From Candidatus Cloacimonadota bacterium (lineage in GTDB: Bacteria > Cloacimonadota > Cloacimonadia > Cloacimonadales > WRIO01), in contig JAKQQL010000440.1 of assembly GCA_029564175.1 (NCBI GenBank), positions 1 to 64,000 of the forward strand: a stretch of DNA of 64,000 bases, read 5' to 3'. The notes below the pieces were generated by a model, which saw nothing but the letters and a program-made list of their open reading frames with translations, was not told the DNA's origin and did no database searches. Every line of letters begins with the position of its first letter. The first letter of the stretch is position 1. Below, one piece after another: positions 1 to 9,996 of this stretch. The translations under genes and the position numbers were made by a program.

Positions 1-20
1 AATGATTCAGGAGGTGTCCA

Positions 21-1268
21 ATGAATAAATATAATCTCTTACATTGCTCTTTCTGCGGTCGGCCGGAAAATGAGACCAAACACATGATAAAAGGTATTGC
101 AGGTAATATCTGTGATGATTGTGTTTCAATGTGTTTTTCCATTATTGAGGCGGACAAAAGAGAAAAAGAAAGCCTTCTTGATGGATCAGGAAAATTACCG
201 AAACCTAAAGAAATCAAAGAATATCTTGATCAGTATGTGATTGATCAGGACAGAGCAAAACAAGTGATAGCAGTTGCTGTTTATAATCATTATAAACGTA
301 TTTTCAAACAGAATAAAAACGATAATGATGTCGAACTCGAAAAGAGTAATATTTTAATGCTTGGACCTACCGGATCCGGTAAAACCCTTATTGCACAGAC
401 ATTGGCTAAGATGCTGAAAGTGCCTTTTGCTATTGCCGATGCAACAACGCTTACCGAAGCGGGTTATGTGGGTGAAGATGTTGAAAATATTTTGGTACGC
501 CTTTTACAGAATGCCCAGTATGATGTGGCTAAAGCTGAAAAAGGGATTGTCTATGTTGATGAAATTGACAAGATTGCCAGAAAATCCGAGACGCCTTCCA
601 TTACCAGAGACGTATCCGGTGAAGGTGTTCAGCAGGCTCTGTTGAAAATCCTTGAAGGAACCAAGGTGAATGTTCCGCCTAAAGGTGGCAGAAAACATCC
701 TCATCTGGATTTCATTGAGATTGATACTACTAATATTCTCTTCATCGTTGGCGGTGCATTTAATGGTCTTGAAAAGATTATTGAAAGACGCTTAAACCAA
801 AAAGTGGTTGGTTTTGAAACCAAAGAAAAAGAAGGTGAAGCACTTAAAGGCGAAACTATATTTAAACATGTTATTCCTGCTGATTTAACGAAATATGGAA
901 TAATCCCTGAATTAGTTGGGCGTGTTCCGGTTTACGCCAGCCTTGATGAGTTGAGTGAAAGTGCACTCATTGAAATTCTCTCAAAACCAAAAAATTCACT
1001 CTGCAAACAATACAAAAAACTTTTCTCAATAGATGGGGTAGAATTGGATTTTACACCAGATGCATTGAAGGAAGTGGCAAGTATTGCCATTAAGCAGAAA
1101 ACTGGTGCCAGAGGCTTACGCGCAATTATGGAAACCAAAATGCTTGATATTATGTATGAAATTCCTGAACTAGGCAATGTTAAAGAATGTCTGGTCTCAA
1201 AAGATGTGATATTGGGTGAAAAAGATCCGGTTTATGTTTTTGAAGACAGTAATGAAGTAACCGCTTAG
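21..1268 (+). CDS. clpX: ATP-dependent Clp protease ATP-binding subunit ClpX
   Basis: N-terminal C4 zinc finger (CSFCG...ICDDC), Walker [40 protein letters not shown] loop, TGARGLR; GGAGGT RBS upstream. Confidence 0.98.
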   Translation: MNKYNLLHCSFCGRPENETKHMIKGIAGNICDDCVSMCFSIIEADKREKESLLDGSGKLPKPKEIKEYLDQYVIDQDRAKQVIAVAVYNHYKRIFKQNKNDNDVELEKSNILMLGPTGSGKTLIAQTLAKMLKVPFAIADATTLTEAGYVGEDVENILVRLLQNAQYDVAKAEKGIVYVDEIDKIARKSETPSITRDVSGEGVQQALLKILEGTKVNVPPKGGRKHPHLDFIEIDTTNILFIVGGAFNGLEKIIERRLNQKVVGFETKEKEGEALKGETIFKHVIPADLTKYGIIPELVGRVPVYASLDELSESALIEILSKPKNSLCKQYKKLFSIDGVELDFTPDALKEVASIAIKQKTGARGLRAIMETKMLDIMYEIPELGNVKECLVSKDVILGEKDPVYVFEDSNEVTA

Positions 1269-1281
1269 TTATATTAATAAT

Positions 1282-1311
1282 AAAAAACGCCCTGAAGAGG
1301 GCGTTTTTTTT
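1282..1311 (+). terminator. Rho-independent terminator after clpX
   Basis: AAAAAACGCCCT-GAAG-AGGGCGTTTTTTTT hairpin with U-tract. Confidence 0.9.
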
Positions 1312-1450
1312 GCTCATGTATAAATCTACAATTCAGTACCTCATGTTGGAATTACTGTGTCATTTTAACAAAATCATGTGTGTTTGTATCCTGATTTAAC
1401 AGAAAACTATTTGTATTATGCAGAAAAAGATAAAAAAACGAAAAAAAAGA

Positions 1451-1479
1451 TTGACAAGAGCTTCTTTTCATGATACATT
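1451..1479 (+). promoter_or_regulatory. sigma70-type promoter for nitroreductase/nqr-like operon
   Basis: TTGACA, 17-bp spacer ending TGA (extended -10), TACATT. Confidence 0.75.
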
Positions 1480-1506
1480 TTAAATATGAAAGAAAAAGGA
1501 GTGATT

Positions 1507-2085
1507 ATGCTAAAGGATTTGATCATCAGGAATCGAAGTGTCAGACGCTTTGATGCCACTCGTTCAATCAGTAAGGAAGAACTCTTTGAGTTGATTAATC
1601 TCGCTCGTCTGTCAGCTTCTGCTGCAAACAGACAACCAATAAAATATGTCATTGCTTATGAATCTGATGTATTAGACAAAATTTTCCCCTGTATCGGTTG
1701 GGCTGGTTATCTACAAGACTGGAAGGGGCCAGAAGTATCCCAAAGACCAACTGCCTATATCGTAATGATCACAGAATTACAGATAGCCCCTCATGTCAAT
1801 ATTGATCCGGGTATTGCTGCTCAGTCTATATTGCTTGGCGCTACTGAAATGGGTCTGGGTGGGTGTATGATAGGCTCAATGAACAAAAGTAAAATCAGAC
1901 GTATTCTCAATATCCCTTCTACTTATGAGGTTCTTTTAACTATCGCACTTGGGAAACCAGATGAAAAAGTGGTTCTCGAAGAAATTGATAAAGAAGGCGA
2001 TATTCGCTATTGGCGAGATGATCAAAGTATTCATCATGTTCCAAAAAGAAAGCTTGATGACATAATTATAAATTTTGAAGCTTAA
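1507..2085 (+). CDS. Nitroreductase family flavoprotein
   Basis: RSVRRF, SASAANRQP, DPGIAAQSILLGATEMGLGGC motifs; start moved from 1486 to ATG 1507 behind AGGAG. Confidence 0.9.
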   Translation: MLKDLIIRNRSVRRFDATRSISKEELFELINLARLSASAANRQPIKYVIAYESDVLDKIFPCIGWAGYLQDWKGPEVSQRPTAYIVMITELQIAPHVNIDPGIAAQSILLGATEMGLGGCMIGSMNKSKIRRILNIPSTYEVLLTIALGKPDEKVVLEEIDKEGDIRYWRDDQSIHHVPKRKLDDIIINFEA

Positions 2086-2150
2086 TTTAGTACATACTAA
2101 AATGCCATTTTGATCGAGTTGTTATTAGATTAGAAACATTTGAGGAGATT

Positions 2151-3092
2151 ATGAAACAGTATCTATTAAAACAGGCAGTGATGAATAAAGTACTCTATGC
2201 TCTGCTGCCAATCGTTTTGTTTTCTATATTTTTGTTTGGTTGGAGAACGCTGATCGTTGTTCTATTTACCAATTGTGTTGCCTTCATAACGGAGTTTATG
2301 ATGGTCAGAAAAAAAACTATGCCAAAGGTTTCAATGGCCGTATTTGTAACGGGTACCTTGCTAGCATTAACACTGCCCCCTACAATACCCTTGTGGATTG
2401 CTGGAGTATCAGCTGTAATTGGAGTATTGTTTGGAAAGATGGTTTTTGGTGGATTTGGTACTAATGTATTTAATCCGGCAATTGTTGGTCGTACTTTTGT
2501 CTATATTTCATTTCCAAAAGAAATGACAGTTTCATGGGTAAAACCCTTTACTGATTTTCCCGGTGGATTTTTACATTATCAGACTATTGAGGCTTTTCAG
2601 AAGATTACTTCAGCCAGTCCGGTAGGAATCATGAAAAGCGGTGAAACTTATAATAATCTTTCTAACCTTTTTTGGGGCTTTATTCCTGGTTCAATAGGAG
2701 AAACTTCTGCCTTTCTAATCATATTGGCTGCAATATATTTGATTATTACCAAAACAGCTAAGTGGCAGGCGATGCTATCCTGTTTACTTTCTTTTGTACT
2801 CTTTACCGCTTTGTTTGATTCTTCATTAACCTTAACTTATCTACTCAGTGGTGGTTTCTTGTTTGGCACTGTATTCATGATTACAGATCCGATTTCAATG
2901 GCAAAAACAAACGCAGGTATTTGGATCTACGGGTTGATTGTTGGTTTTTTAACGGTGTTTATCAGAAAATTTTCACTCTTCTCAGAAGGCTTTATGTTTG
3001 CTCTGCTTCTGGGGAATACCTTTATGCCAATTATTGACTACACTATCCAAAAAATTAAAGTCAAAACCGCTTTACAGGGGGCGAGTAAATGA
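2151..3092 (+). CDS. RnfD/NqrB family membrane flavoprotein subunit
   Basis: GKMVFGGFGTNVFNPA, GSIGETS, FMITDP motifs; polytopic; 313 aa. Confidence 0.92.
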   Translation: MKQYLLKQAVMNKVLYALLPIVLFSIFLFGWRTLIVVLFTNCVAFITEFMMVRKKTMPKVSMAVFVTGTLLALTLPPTIPLWIAGVSAVIGVLFGKMVFGGFGTNVFNPAIVGRTFVYISFPKEMTVSWVKPFTDFPGGFLHYQTIEAFQKITSASPVGIMKSGETYNNLSNLFWGFIPGSIGETSAFLIILAAIYLIITKTAKWQAMLSCLLSFVLFTALFDSSLTLTYLLSGGFLFGTVFMITDPISMAKTNAGIWIYGLIVGFLTVFIRKFSLFSEGFMFALLLGNTFMPIIDYTIQKIKVKTALQGASK

Positions 3093-3715
3093 AACATGAA
3101 AAAACCCCTTTCAAAGAAAGCCGTCTCTATCCAATTGTGTTTATGATGATCATAACGATCATTTTTGTTGGTATCCTGGCAGTATTTTATCATTCCAGTA
3201 AGGGAAGAGTTCAACAATATCAGGATAATGCCATTAAAAAGGCAATTTTGCTGGTATTTAGCCTCCCAATAGATCATATTGAAAAAGATTATGAACTGTA
3301 TATCCGAGAGTCAGAAGTAAATAAAATGAAATATTATCAGGCTGTAAAAGACAGTGTTGTTATTGGTAATGCCTTTATTATTCAAGGGAAAGGTTTATGG
3401 GGTGGTATAACCGGTTTGATTGCTTATACGCCTGACTATCAGAACATATTAAGGTTTTCAATCATCAATCAGAATGAAACGCCTGGATTAGGTGCAAGAA
3501 TTACTGAAAAATGGTTCACAGATCAGTTTAATAGTAAAAAAATTATACAAAACAATCAGATTTCAGACTTTATGATGGTAGCTGAGAATAAGGAAGATCT
3601 ATCTGAAACCGAAGTAAAACAGGTTACCGGAGCAACAGCCTCTTCAAAAGCGGTTCTTGATATGATCACGAAAGAAAGTCAAAGAATTATTCAGCAGATT
3701 AAAGGTGAATTATGA
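3089..3715 (+). CDS. RnfG/NqrC family FMN-binding subunit
   Basis: N-terminal TM helix, GKGLWG, ETPGLGARI, VTGATASS flavinylation motif. Confidence 0.92.
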   Translation: MKHEKTPFKESRLYPIVFMMIITIIFVGILAVFYHSSKGRVQQYQDNAIKKAILLVFSLPIDHIEKDYELYIRESEVNKMKYYQAVKDSVVIGNAFIIQGKGLWGGITGLIAYTPDYQNILRFSIINQNETPGLGARITEKWFTDQFNSKKIIQNNQISDFMMVAENKEDLSETEVKQVTGATASSKAVLDMITKESQRIIQQIKGEL

Positions 3716-4311
3716 ATAAAATAGATATTTTTAAAGAAGCCGCTTTTAAAGAAAACTCAGTATGGAGACAGGTTCTTGGAATATGTTCAGCACTGGCAGT
3801 TACCAATTTTATGATGAATAGTTTGGTGATGGGCTTAGGAGTCATGTTTGCCCTGGCTTTGTCAGGATTTACGATTTCTCTTATCAGAAATCATACTCCA
3901 CGGAGTGTCAGAATGATGGTTCAAACGCTGATTATTGCATCTTGGGTCATTATGGTAGATTTATTTCTTAAAGCTTTTATCCCTGAAGTGAGTAAACAAT
4001 TAGGACCTTATGTGGGTTTGATTATTACAAATTGCATTCTGATGGGTCGAGCAGAAGCTTTTGCTGCAAAAAACACCCCGGTTGACAGTATTATTGACGG
4101 ATTAGGAGCCGGTTTTGGATATACTTTTGTATTACTTTTAATTTCCTTTTTCCGCGAAATATTCGGTTTTGGGTCAGTTTTTGGCATTACTTTTTTAGGT
4201 GACTGGTGGCCACGCTGGTCTATCATGGTAATGGCACCAAGTGCTTTTTTTATGCTGGCCATACTCTTCTGGTATATTCACCAAAAATACTATTTACAGG
4301 TTAAAAAATAG
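3712..4311 (+). CDS. NqrD/RnfE family membrane subunit
   Basis: QVLGICSALAVT and GLIITNCILMGRAEAFA with both conserved Cys. Confidence 0.93.
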   Translation: MNKIDIFKEAAFKENSVWRQVLGICSALAVTNFMMNSLVMGLGVMFALALSGFTISLIRNHTPRSVRMMVQTLIIASWVIMVDLFLKAFIPEVSKQLGPYVGLIITNCILMGRAEAFAAKNTPVDSIIDGLGAGFGYTFVLLLISFFREIFGFGSVFGITFLGDWWPRWSIMVMAPSAFFMLAILFWYIHQKYYLQVKK

Positions 4312-4319
4312 GAGAAATC

Positions 4320-4910
4320 ATGATAGATGTAAATCCAATCATTATCTTTTTAGCAGGTATCTTTACTTCCAACATTTTGTTAAGTAATTTTTTGGGTATG
4401 TGCTCTTTTTTATCGGTTTCAAAAGAAGTAGAATCTTCTCTGGGACTGGGAATGGCGGTAGTCTTTGTCACTGTTTTAACATCAGCAGTTAATTATCTGG
4501 TTTATTATCATATACTGGTACCATTTGATATTGTGTATTTGCAGTATATCATTTTTATCATCGTAATTGCTGCAACGGTTCAGCTGACAGAAATCTTTAT
4601 TGAACGCTTTTCTCCAGTACTTTACTATTCACTGGGTATTTTTTTACCTTTAATTACAGTGAATTGTGCGATTTTTGGTGTTGCCTTGTTCATGATTATC
4701 AGACAGTACAGTTTTATGCAGACGATCGGCTATGCCGCAGGAAGTGGAATCGGCTGGTTATTGGCAATACTGGCTTTAGCCGGAATTCGTCAGAGAATTA
4801 AAGAGAAGATGGTTCCTGTTGGATTACAGGGTGCCGGTATTACTTTGATAGTAACCGGAATAATGGCTTTGGCATTTATTGGTTTTTCAGGTTCTGTAAT
4901 TATACAGTAG
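4320..4910 (+). CDS. NqrE/RnfA family membrane subunit
   Basis: FLGMCSFL and GIFLPLITVNCAIFG with conserved Cys. Confidence 0.93.
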   Translation: MIDVNPIIIFLAGIFTSNILLSNFLGMCSFLSVSKEVESSLGLGMAVVFVTVLTSAVNYLVYYHILVPFDIVYLQYIIFIIVIAATVQLTEIFIERFSPVLYYSLGIFLPLITVNCAIFGVALFMIIRQYSFMQTIGYAAGSGIGWLLAILALAGIRQRIKEKMVPVGLQGAGITLIVTGIMALAFIGFSGSVIIQ

Positions 4911-4918
4911 GGGATAAC

Positions 4919-6016
4919 ATGATCATATTATATAATATTTTAACAGCAACTGTCATAAGTGGTTTACTGGCTCTTATTCTTGTAATTGCTGAATATCTTT
5001 TTGCTAATTACGGAGACTGTAAGATTTCTGTTAATAATAAGAAAGAATTAGTCGTCAAAGGTGGTGGGAACTTGCTGAATGCCCTGGCTGAAAATAAGAT
5101 ATTTATTCCTTCAGCCTGTGGTGGACGTGGATCCTGCGGTTTTTGTAAAGTCAGAGTCTTAGCTGGAGGAGGACCTGTGCTACCTACAGAAAAGCCTTAT
5201 TTGTCAGCAAGAGAGTTAAGTGATAATGTCAGATTATCATGCCAGGTGAAAATCAGGCAGGATTTACAAATTAATATTCCTGAAGAATTGTTTAATATTA
5301 AGAAATTCAAAGCAAGGGTAAAAGAAATTATTGATTATACATACGATGTTAAAGGTGTTACATTTGAACTGATTGAACCCAATATCGTAGAATTTAAAGC
5401 CGGACAGTATATGCAGCTGGAATCTCCAAAATATGAAAAGAGTAAACAGTCCGTGAGCAGAGCTTATTCTATCTCCAGTATTCCTGATATGAAAAATGCT
5501 GTCCAATTGATAATCAGAAGAGTTCCAGATGGTATTTGTACGACATGGGTACATGATTACATGAAAGTGGGAGATATTGTCAATCTAACCGGACCATTTG
5601 GTGATTTCTTTATTCGAGATACTGATGCAGATATCATCTTTGTAGCAGGAGGTTCAGGGAAAGCGCCAATTAAATCAATGGTGGAATTTGCTGAAAAATA
5701 CGAAAATCCGAGAAAAATGACTTATTTCTTCGGTGCCAGAACTCTTAAAGATTTGTATCTGACAGAAGATTTCAGAGAACATGAAAAGAAAATGAAAGAT
5801 TTTACTTATGTGCCTGTACTTTCAGCACCAGATCCAGATGATCAATGGGAAGGAAAAACAGGCTATATACCGCCTTATTTTGCAGAATATATTCGGGAAC
5901 CCAAAAATACTGAAGCTTATCTGTGCGGTAGTCCGGGTATGATTTCTGCCGTAGAAAAAGAACTCGTTAAACTGGGTGTGCCTAAAGATAAGGTTTACTA
6001 TGATAGTTTTGGTTGA
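4919..6016 (+). CDS. NqrF-like membrane-anchored [2Fe-2S]/FAD NAD(P)H oxidoreductase
   Basis: N-terminal TM, SACGGRGSCGFC...RLSCQ ferredoxin, RAYSISS FAD motif, GPFG, AGGSG, YLCG, C-terminal YDSFG. Confidence 0.9.
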   Translation: MIILYNILTATVISGLLALILVIAEYLFANYGDCKISVNNKKELVVKGGGNLLNALAENKIFIPSACGGRGSCGFCKVRVLAGGGPVLPTEKPYLSARELSDNVRLSCQVKIRQDLQINIPEELFNIKKFKARVKEIIDYTYDVKGVTFELIEPNIVEFKAGQYMQLESPKYEKSKQSVSRAYSISSIPDMKNAVQLIIRRVPDGICTTWVHDYMKVGDIVNLTGPFGDFFIRDTDADIIFVAGGSGKAPIKSMVEFAEKYENPRKMTYFFGARTLKDLYLTEDFREHEKKMKDFTYVPVLSAPDPDDQWEGKTGYIPPYFAEYIREPKNTEAYLCGSPGMISAVEKELVKLGVPKDKVYYDSFG

Positions 6017-6044
6017 TCTAGATAAGTAAGAAAATGAGGAATTT

Positions 6045-6497
6045 ATGAAATTAAGCCCTGAAGAAAAATCAATAATGGATAAAATGCAAGCTGGAATCTT
6101 ATCAACTGATGGCTTTCTGGGTAATGATCAAAGACATTTACATGAAATAATTGAAGAAGACGCAGAGAAACTTTTACACTTTAATTATTCACTTGAACAG
6201 ATTGCCGAACGTATGAGATATTTTACTGAAATGTCAAGAGAAGCTTATGACTTGCCTGTTGTAATTGAGGGGAAGTATGCTGTTCAACAGGATATCTGGC
6301 GAGGAAGAGTCGTTTGTCCTTATAATCATAAGGGAAGCTATGTAAAAGCAGATATTCGACTGAAAAATCTTGAAAATCAGATAGAAGTCAGATGGACACC
6401 TTTAAACATCCATTTTATTGAAGTGCATGGATTTTTTGAAGGAATAGGCTCAAAGTATCGCTTAAATCCCGAAACACTGATTAAGGCAATTTTTTAA
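6045..6497 (+). CDS. Hypothetical protein (Cys/His motifs), last gene of nqr-like operon
   Basis: 150-aa ORF with GAGGA RBS 28 bp after the nqrF-like gene; CPYNH and HFIEVHGFFEG. Confidence 0.75.
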   Translation: MKLSPEEKSIMDKMQAGILSTDGFLGNDQRHLHEIIEEDAEKLLHFNYSLEQIAERMRYFTEMSREAYDLPVVIEGKYAVQQDIWRGRVVCPYNHKGSYVKADIRLKNLENQIEVRWTPLNIHFIEVHGFFEGIGSKYRLNPETLIKAIF

Positions 6498-6614
6498 TCA
6501 ATGGTATTGGTCTGGTTGGTTTCACTCTGTTGTTTTACCTTTTGATAATAGAAGCAATTATTGGATAAACAAACAGATCATTCTATCAACGATTTATCAT
6601 GACTAGAGAGAATT

Positions 6615-7697
6615 ATGATTTATAAAGAAACATATACATTTACATCTGATTTTCAAACAACTCTGGAAATTTGTGATAAAAACGCTCATGATTTGATCAA
6701 TCAGTTGTCATCAAATGAGAGCGCAATTTTTCTTATTGATGAACATGTATTTTCTTTGTACTTTAATGATAATTCTTTGAAAAATCCTTACTATATCATA
6801 AAGACTGGTGAAAAAAATAAAACACTTAGTCAAGCTAGAAAAATGTATAATTTTTTATTTTTTAGAAATTGTACAAGAAACCATACACTCATTGTGATTG
6901 GTGGCGGACTCAGCATGGATTTAGGTGCATGGGTGGCAGGTACTTTTAAAAGAGGTGTAAAACTGTGGTTAGTGCCAACAACTCTTCTCGGGATAGTTGA
7001 TGCTTCGATCGGTGGTAAAACTGCTGTTAACTACCAAGGTATCAAAAATTCGATTGGGCAGTTTTATCCTGCAATAAAAGTGATATTTTGTGCTGATTTC
7101 TTAAAAACTCTATCTCAGAAAGAGTATTATAATGGAATCTCTGAAACTTGTAAAATGCTCCTAATTACAAAGGATTATAATAAGTTGGATCTAATTCTAA
7201 TGAATAAAGCGGTTAATGATAATGATATTTGGATAGTTGCTAAAAAAAAACTTGAGTTGTGTGAACAAGATTTATTTGATCAAGGAGTAAGAAGAACTTT
7301 AAATCTTGGACATACATTTGCTCATATGTTTGAGTCAGTTAGCAGATTTAAACTATCTCATGGAGTTGCAGTTGCTTGGGGGATTCATCTGGCTGTGCAA
7401 TTTAGCTTTGTTAAGAAATTAATCACAGAAGATGAATACCAACTTATTCATGATAAGATTAGAGTTCTATTAAGGATGGATCCACGATTTAAAAATCATC
7501 TAGCTCTGATTTGTAATGATGATTTTGTTGATCAGATTAATGAACATTTTGAATTATTAATAAGAAATGATAAGAAAAATGATGATAGGTTAAATTTAGT
7601 ATTGTTTCAGAATAATTTGACTGTCTCTATTTATAATGAAACTAACAAAAATGAATTACGAGATTTTTTGTTAAACAAGAGCTGGTTTTTAATTTAA
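6615..7697 (+). CDS. aroB: 3-dehydroquinate synthase
   Basis: IGGG, PTTLLGIVDASIGGKTAVN, KNSIG, RRTLNLGHTFAH, SHGVAVA, DKKN. Confidence 0.85.
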   Translation: MIYKETYTFTSDFQTTLEICDKNAHDLINQLSSNESAIFLIDEHVFSLYFNDNSLKNPYYIIKTGEKNKTLSQARKMYNFLFFRNCTRNHTLIVIGGGLSMDLGAWVAGTFKRGVKLWLVPTTLLGIVDASIGGKTAVNYQGIKNSIGQFYPAIKVIFCADFLKTLSQKEYYNGISETCKMLLITKDYNKLDLILMNKAVNDNDIWIVAKKKLELCEQDLFDQGVRRTLNLGHTFAHMFESVSRFKLSHGVAVAWGIHLAVQFSFVKKLITEDEYQLIHDKIRVLLRMDPRFKNHLALICNDDFVDQINEHFELLIRNDKKNDDRLNLVLFQNNLTVSIYNETNKNELRDFLLNKSWFLI

Positions 7698-7709
7698 TGT
7701 ATTATAAAT

Positions 7710-9899
7710 ATGAAAAATAAAATATTTGTTTTATTAATGATCTTTTGTGTTTATCTCTTAAGTGCTAAGTATTCAGATACCTTTTTTATTGGAGATTATT
7801 CTCAAGTATATTATCCAGAATATTTCCAAATGATGAAAGAAGCACACTTTAATAATCTAAGAGTAAATACTGATAACTGGTATTTAACAAAACATAAAAT
7901 TCCATTTTATGATATGGTCAATAAACTTGATAGTTTAGGTTTTGATGTAACTCTTGGTGATAAAGACCTTCAAGGCCCATACTTTTCGAGTTATGGTAAT
8001 TATTATAGATTTGAAGCTGAGTACACCATTAAACAAAGTGAAATGCCAAGTCATTTTCAGAATTCTTCTTGGTTTTATGGAATTGATTATGATAAAGAAG
8101 CAAATGTTTCAATTATAAATGATAGAAATATCAAAGTCCTTCAATGTAAACCATCTGAAGTTAACAAAGAATACTATGCTTGGAAAGACTTAAAAGTCAG
8201 AGAAACGATGAGCTCAATTTGGCTTAAAGGTAAACCAGTGAGCTATTTAACGGGTATTATTATTACTCATCCTGATACATCCTTGATTAATACTTTATAT
8301 TTTAGATACCGAATTAAAGCAGAAGGTGCACATAGTGGACCATTATTTGATTCTGGTCTCAAAATCGCAGTAAAAGATGGTAAAGATTTATTATTTGACT
8401 ATGATGTTTCTCAATTATTAACTCCAGATAAACTTACTAATTCAAATGATAATTGTGTAAGTTACAGTGATTTTAAAAAGTATAAAAATGATGAGCAAGG
8501 ATATGTTACAATTGAGTTCAGATTAAGCTTAAATCAGTTAAAATCATATTTAAAAGAACAAGGGATAAGTCTGGAGACATATTGGGATGGAAAAATACTC
8601 TATTTATGCCCAACATTTAAATATAAAAATAATGGAATCATATCTCTTGATTATATTGAAATTGAAGATAACCTGCATCATCAATTAAAAAAATCAAATT
8701 CAGTGCTTTCAAAAAACTTAAGAAATCGTTTAGCTGAGATTTCAAGAATAAACAGGCTAAAAGGAAATATCGTATATCTAGAATCAAGAGATGAACCACT
8801 ACCTTCTCAATTTAATTCCCATAAAATTGTTAACTCATACGCTTCAAAATATCAATTTGGATTGATCACAGCTGTTAATTGTTATGGAATGAATTATTCA
8901 GATAATAGAAGATATGATTTGATTAATCATTTTGTAAAAGAAACGCAAACAGATGTGATTTGTCCAGACTTTTATCTTTACGGAAATGAAAAAAAAATAT
9001 ATAATAGTCAACCTCCAGAAAATGATCAATATTCAACTCATATTCAGACTGTCATTAGTAATATGTGTAATCATTATAACCGAATCAAATCAAGTATGAA
9101 AAAAGAATCTAATCAGAAGTTTATTCCTGTCGTTCAATCATTTGGTCAGTGGAGTAATAAAGGATATTGGAATGGTATTATGCTACCTCCTAATGCACAA
9201 CAGAGCATGTTATTGTATTTACCATTATGTTATGGAATTGACGGATTATCTACTTTTAGAATGTTATCAAACACAGATTTACAAAAATTAGAATCAAATA
9301 TAAACACAACCAATGTCCCTGAAAGAATTGATCAAGGCAATTATGACTACAAAATAGCTCCTATTATTAAAAATTATGGACAGATCAAAACATTATCTCA
9401 GTTTTATGTCATAAAAAATGCATTAAATCATGTTAAAAAAATAGGAACACTTTTAAAAAAAACAGACTGGAAATCAGGAGGAACCATACATAAAGATCAA
9501 ATGCATATTCCAAATATTCAGAGTAGTCCTCTAAAGATCCAAGCAAGTGTTATCGCTGAGTATGATATGATAGAGGTTACTCCAAATTATGTGGGATATG
9601 TAGAATATGGTGCTTATCAAAATAGTCAAAATGAAGTATATTTGATGCTAGTGAATAGAAGAACAAATAAACGAGTAAAAGGAGATGAAGGAAAGGCTGT
9701 GACTCAACTCAGTGTAAACTCATGTTTTTCTGAAGCTTCTCCTCAAAGTGTTTTGTTAAAGATTAAAAATATGCCAAAAAACTGGAAGGTTATCAATTGT
9801 ATCACTAATGAAGCTTTTTCTTACTCAAAAATCAAAGAAGGATTTTTGATTGAGTTAAAAGCTGGTGAAGGTCTTTTAGTTAAAATTGGTAAAAATTAG
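7710..9899 (+). CDS. Secreted hypothetical protein, possibly glycoside-hydrolase-like fold
   Basis: 729-aa ORF with Sec-type signal peptide; RDEP motif; C-terminal LMLVNR...IELKAGEGLLVKI beta-sandwich-like end. Confidence 0.65.
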   Translation: MKNKIFVLLMIFCVYLLSAKYSDTFFIGDYSQVYYPEYFQMMKEAHFNNLRVNTDNWYLTKHKIPFYDMVNKLDSLGFDVTLGDKDLQGPYFSSYGNYYRFEAEYTIKQSEMPSHFQNSSWFYGIDYDKEANVSIINDRNIKVLQCKPSEVNKEYYAWKDLKVRETMSSIWLKGKPVSYLTGIIITHPDTSLINTLYFRYRIKAEGAHSGPLFDSGLKIAVKDGKDLLFDYDVSQLLTPDKLTNSNDNCVSYSDFKKYKNDEQGYVTIEFRLSLNQLKSYLKEQGISLETYWDGKILYLCPTFKYKNNGIISLDYIEIEDNLHHQLKKSNSVLSKNLRNRLAEISRINRLKGNIVYLESRDEPLPSQFNSHKIVNSYASKYQFGLITAVNCYGMNYSDNRRYDLINHFVKETQTDVICPDFYLYGNEKKIYNSQPPENDQYSTHIQTVISNMCNHYNRIKSSMKKESNQKFIPVVQSFGQWSNKGYWNGIMLPPNAQQSMLLYLPLCYGIDGLSTFRMLSNTDLQKLESNINTTNVPERIDQGNYDYKIAPIIKNYGQIKTLSQFYVIKNALNHVKKIGTLLKKTDWKSGGTIHKDQMHIPNIQSSPLKIQASVIAEYDMIEVTPNYVGYVEYGAYQNSQNEVYLMLVNRRTNKRVKGDEGKAVTQLSVNSCFSEASPQSVLLKIKNMPKNWKVINCITNEAFSYSKIKEGFLIELKAGEGLLVKIGKN

Positions 9900-9996
9900 A
9901 TTAAACACATTTCGTTACTTCGAAATCATTTAATGACCCATATTTTTCTTTACAATTTTGGTAAGAATTGAGATAAAAAATCAAATAGTTTACTAC

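Noticed and set aside
6615..7697. Glycerol-1-phosphate dehydrogenase (EgsA/AraM) for the ether-lipid pathway
   Set aside because: Same structural superfamily, but the motifs are those of dehydroquinate synthase (DASIGGKTAVN, KN.IG, R..LNLGHT..H, DKK)
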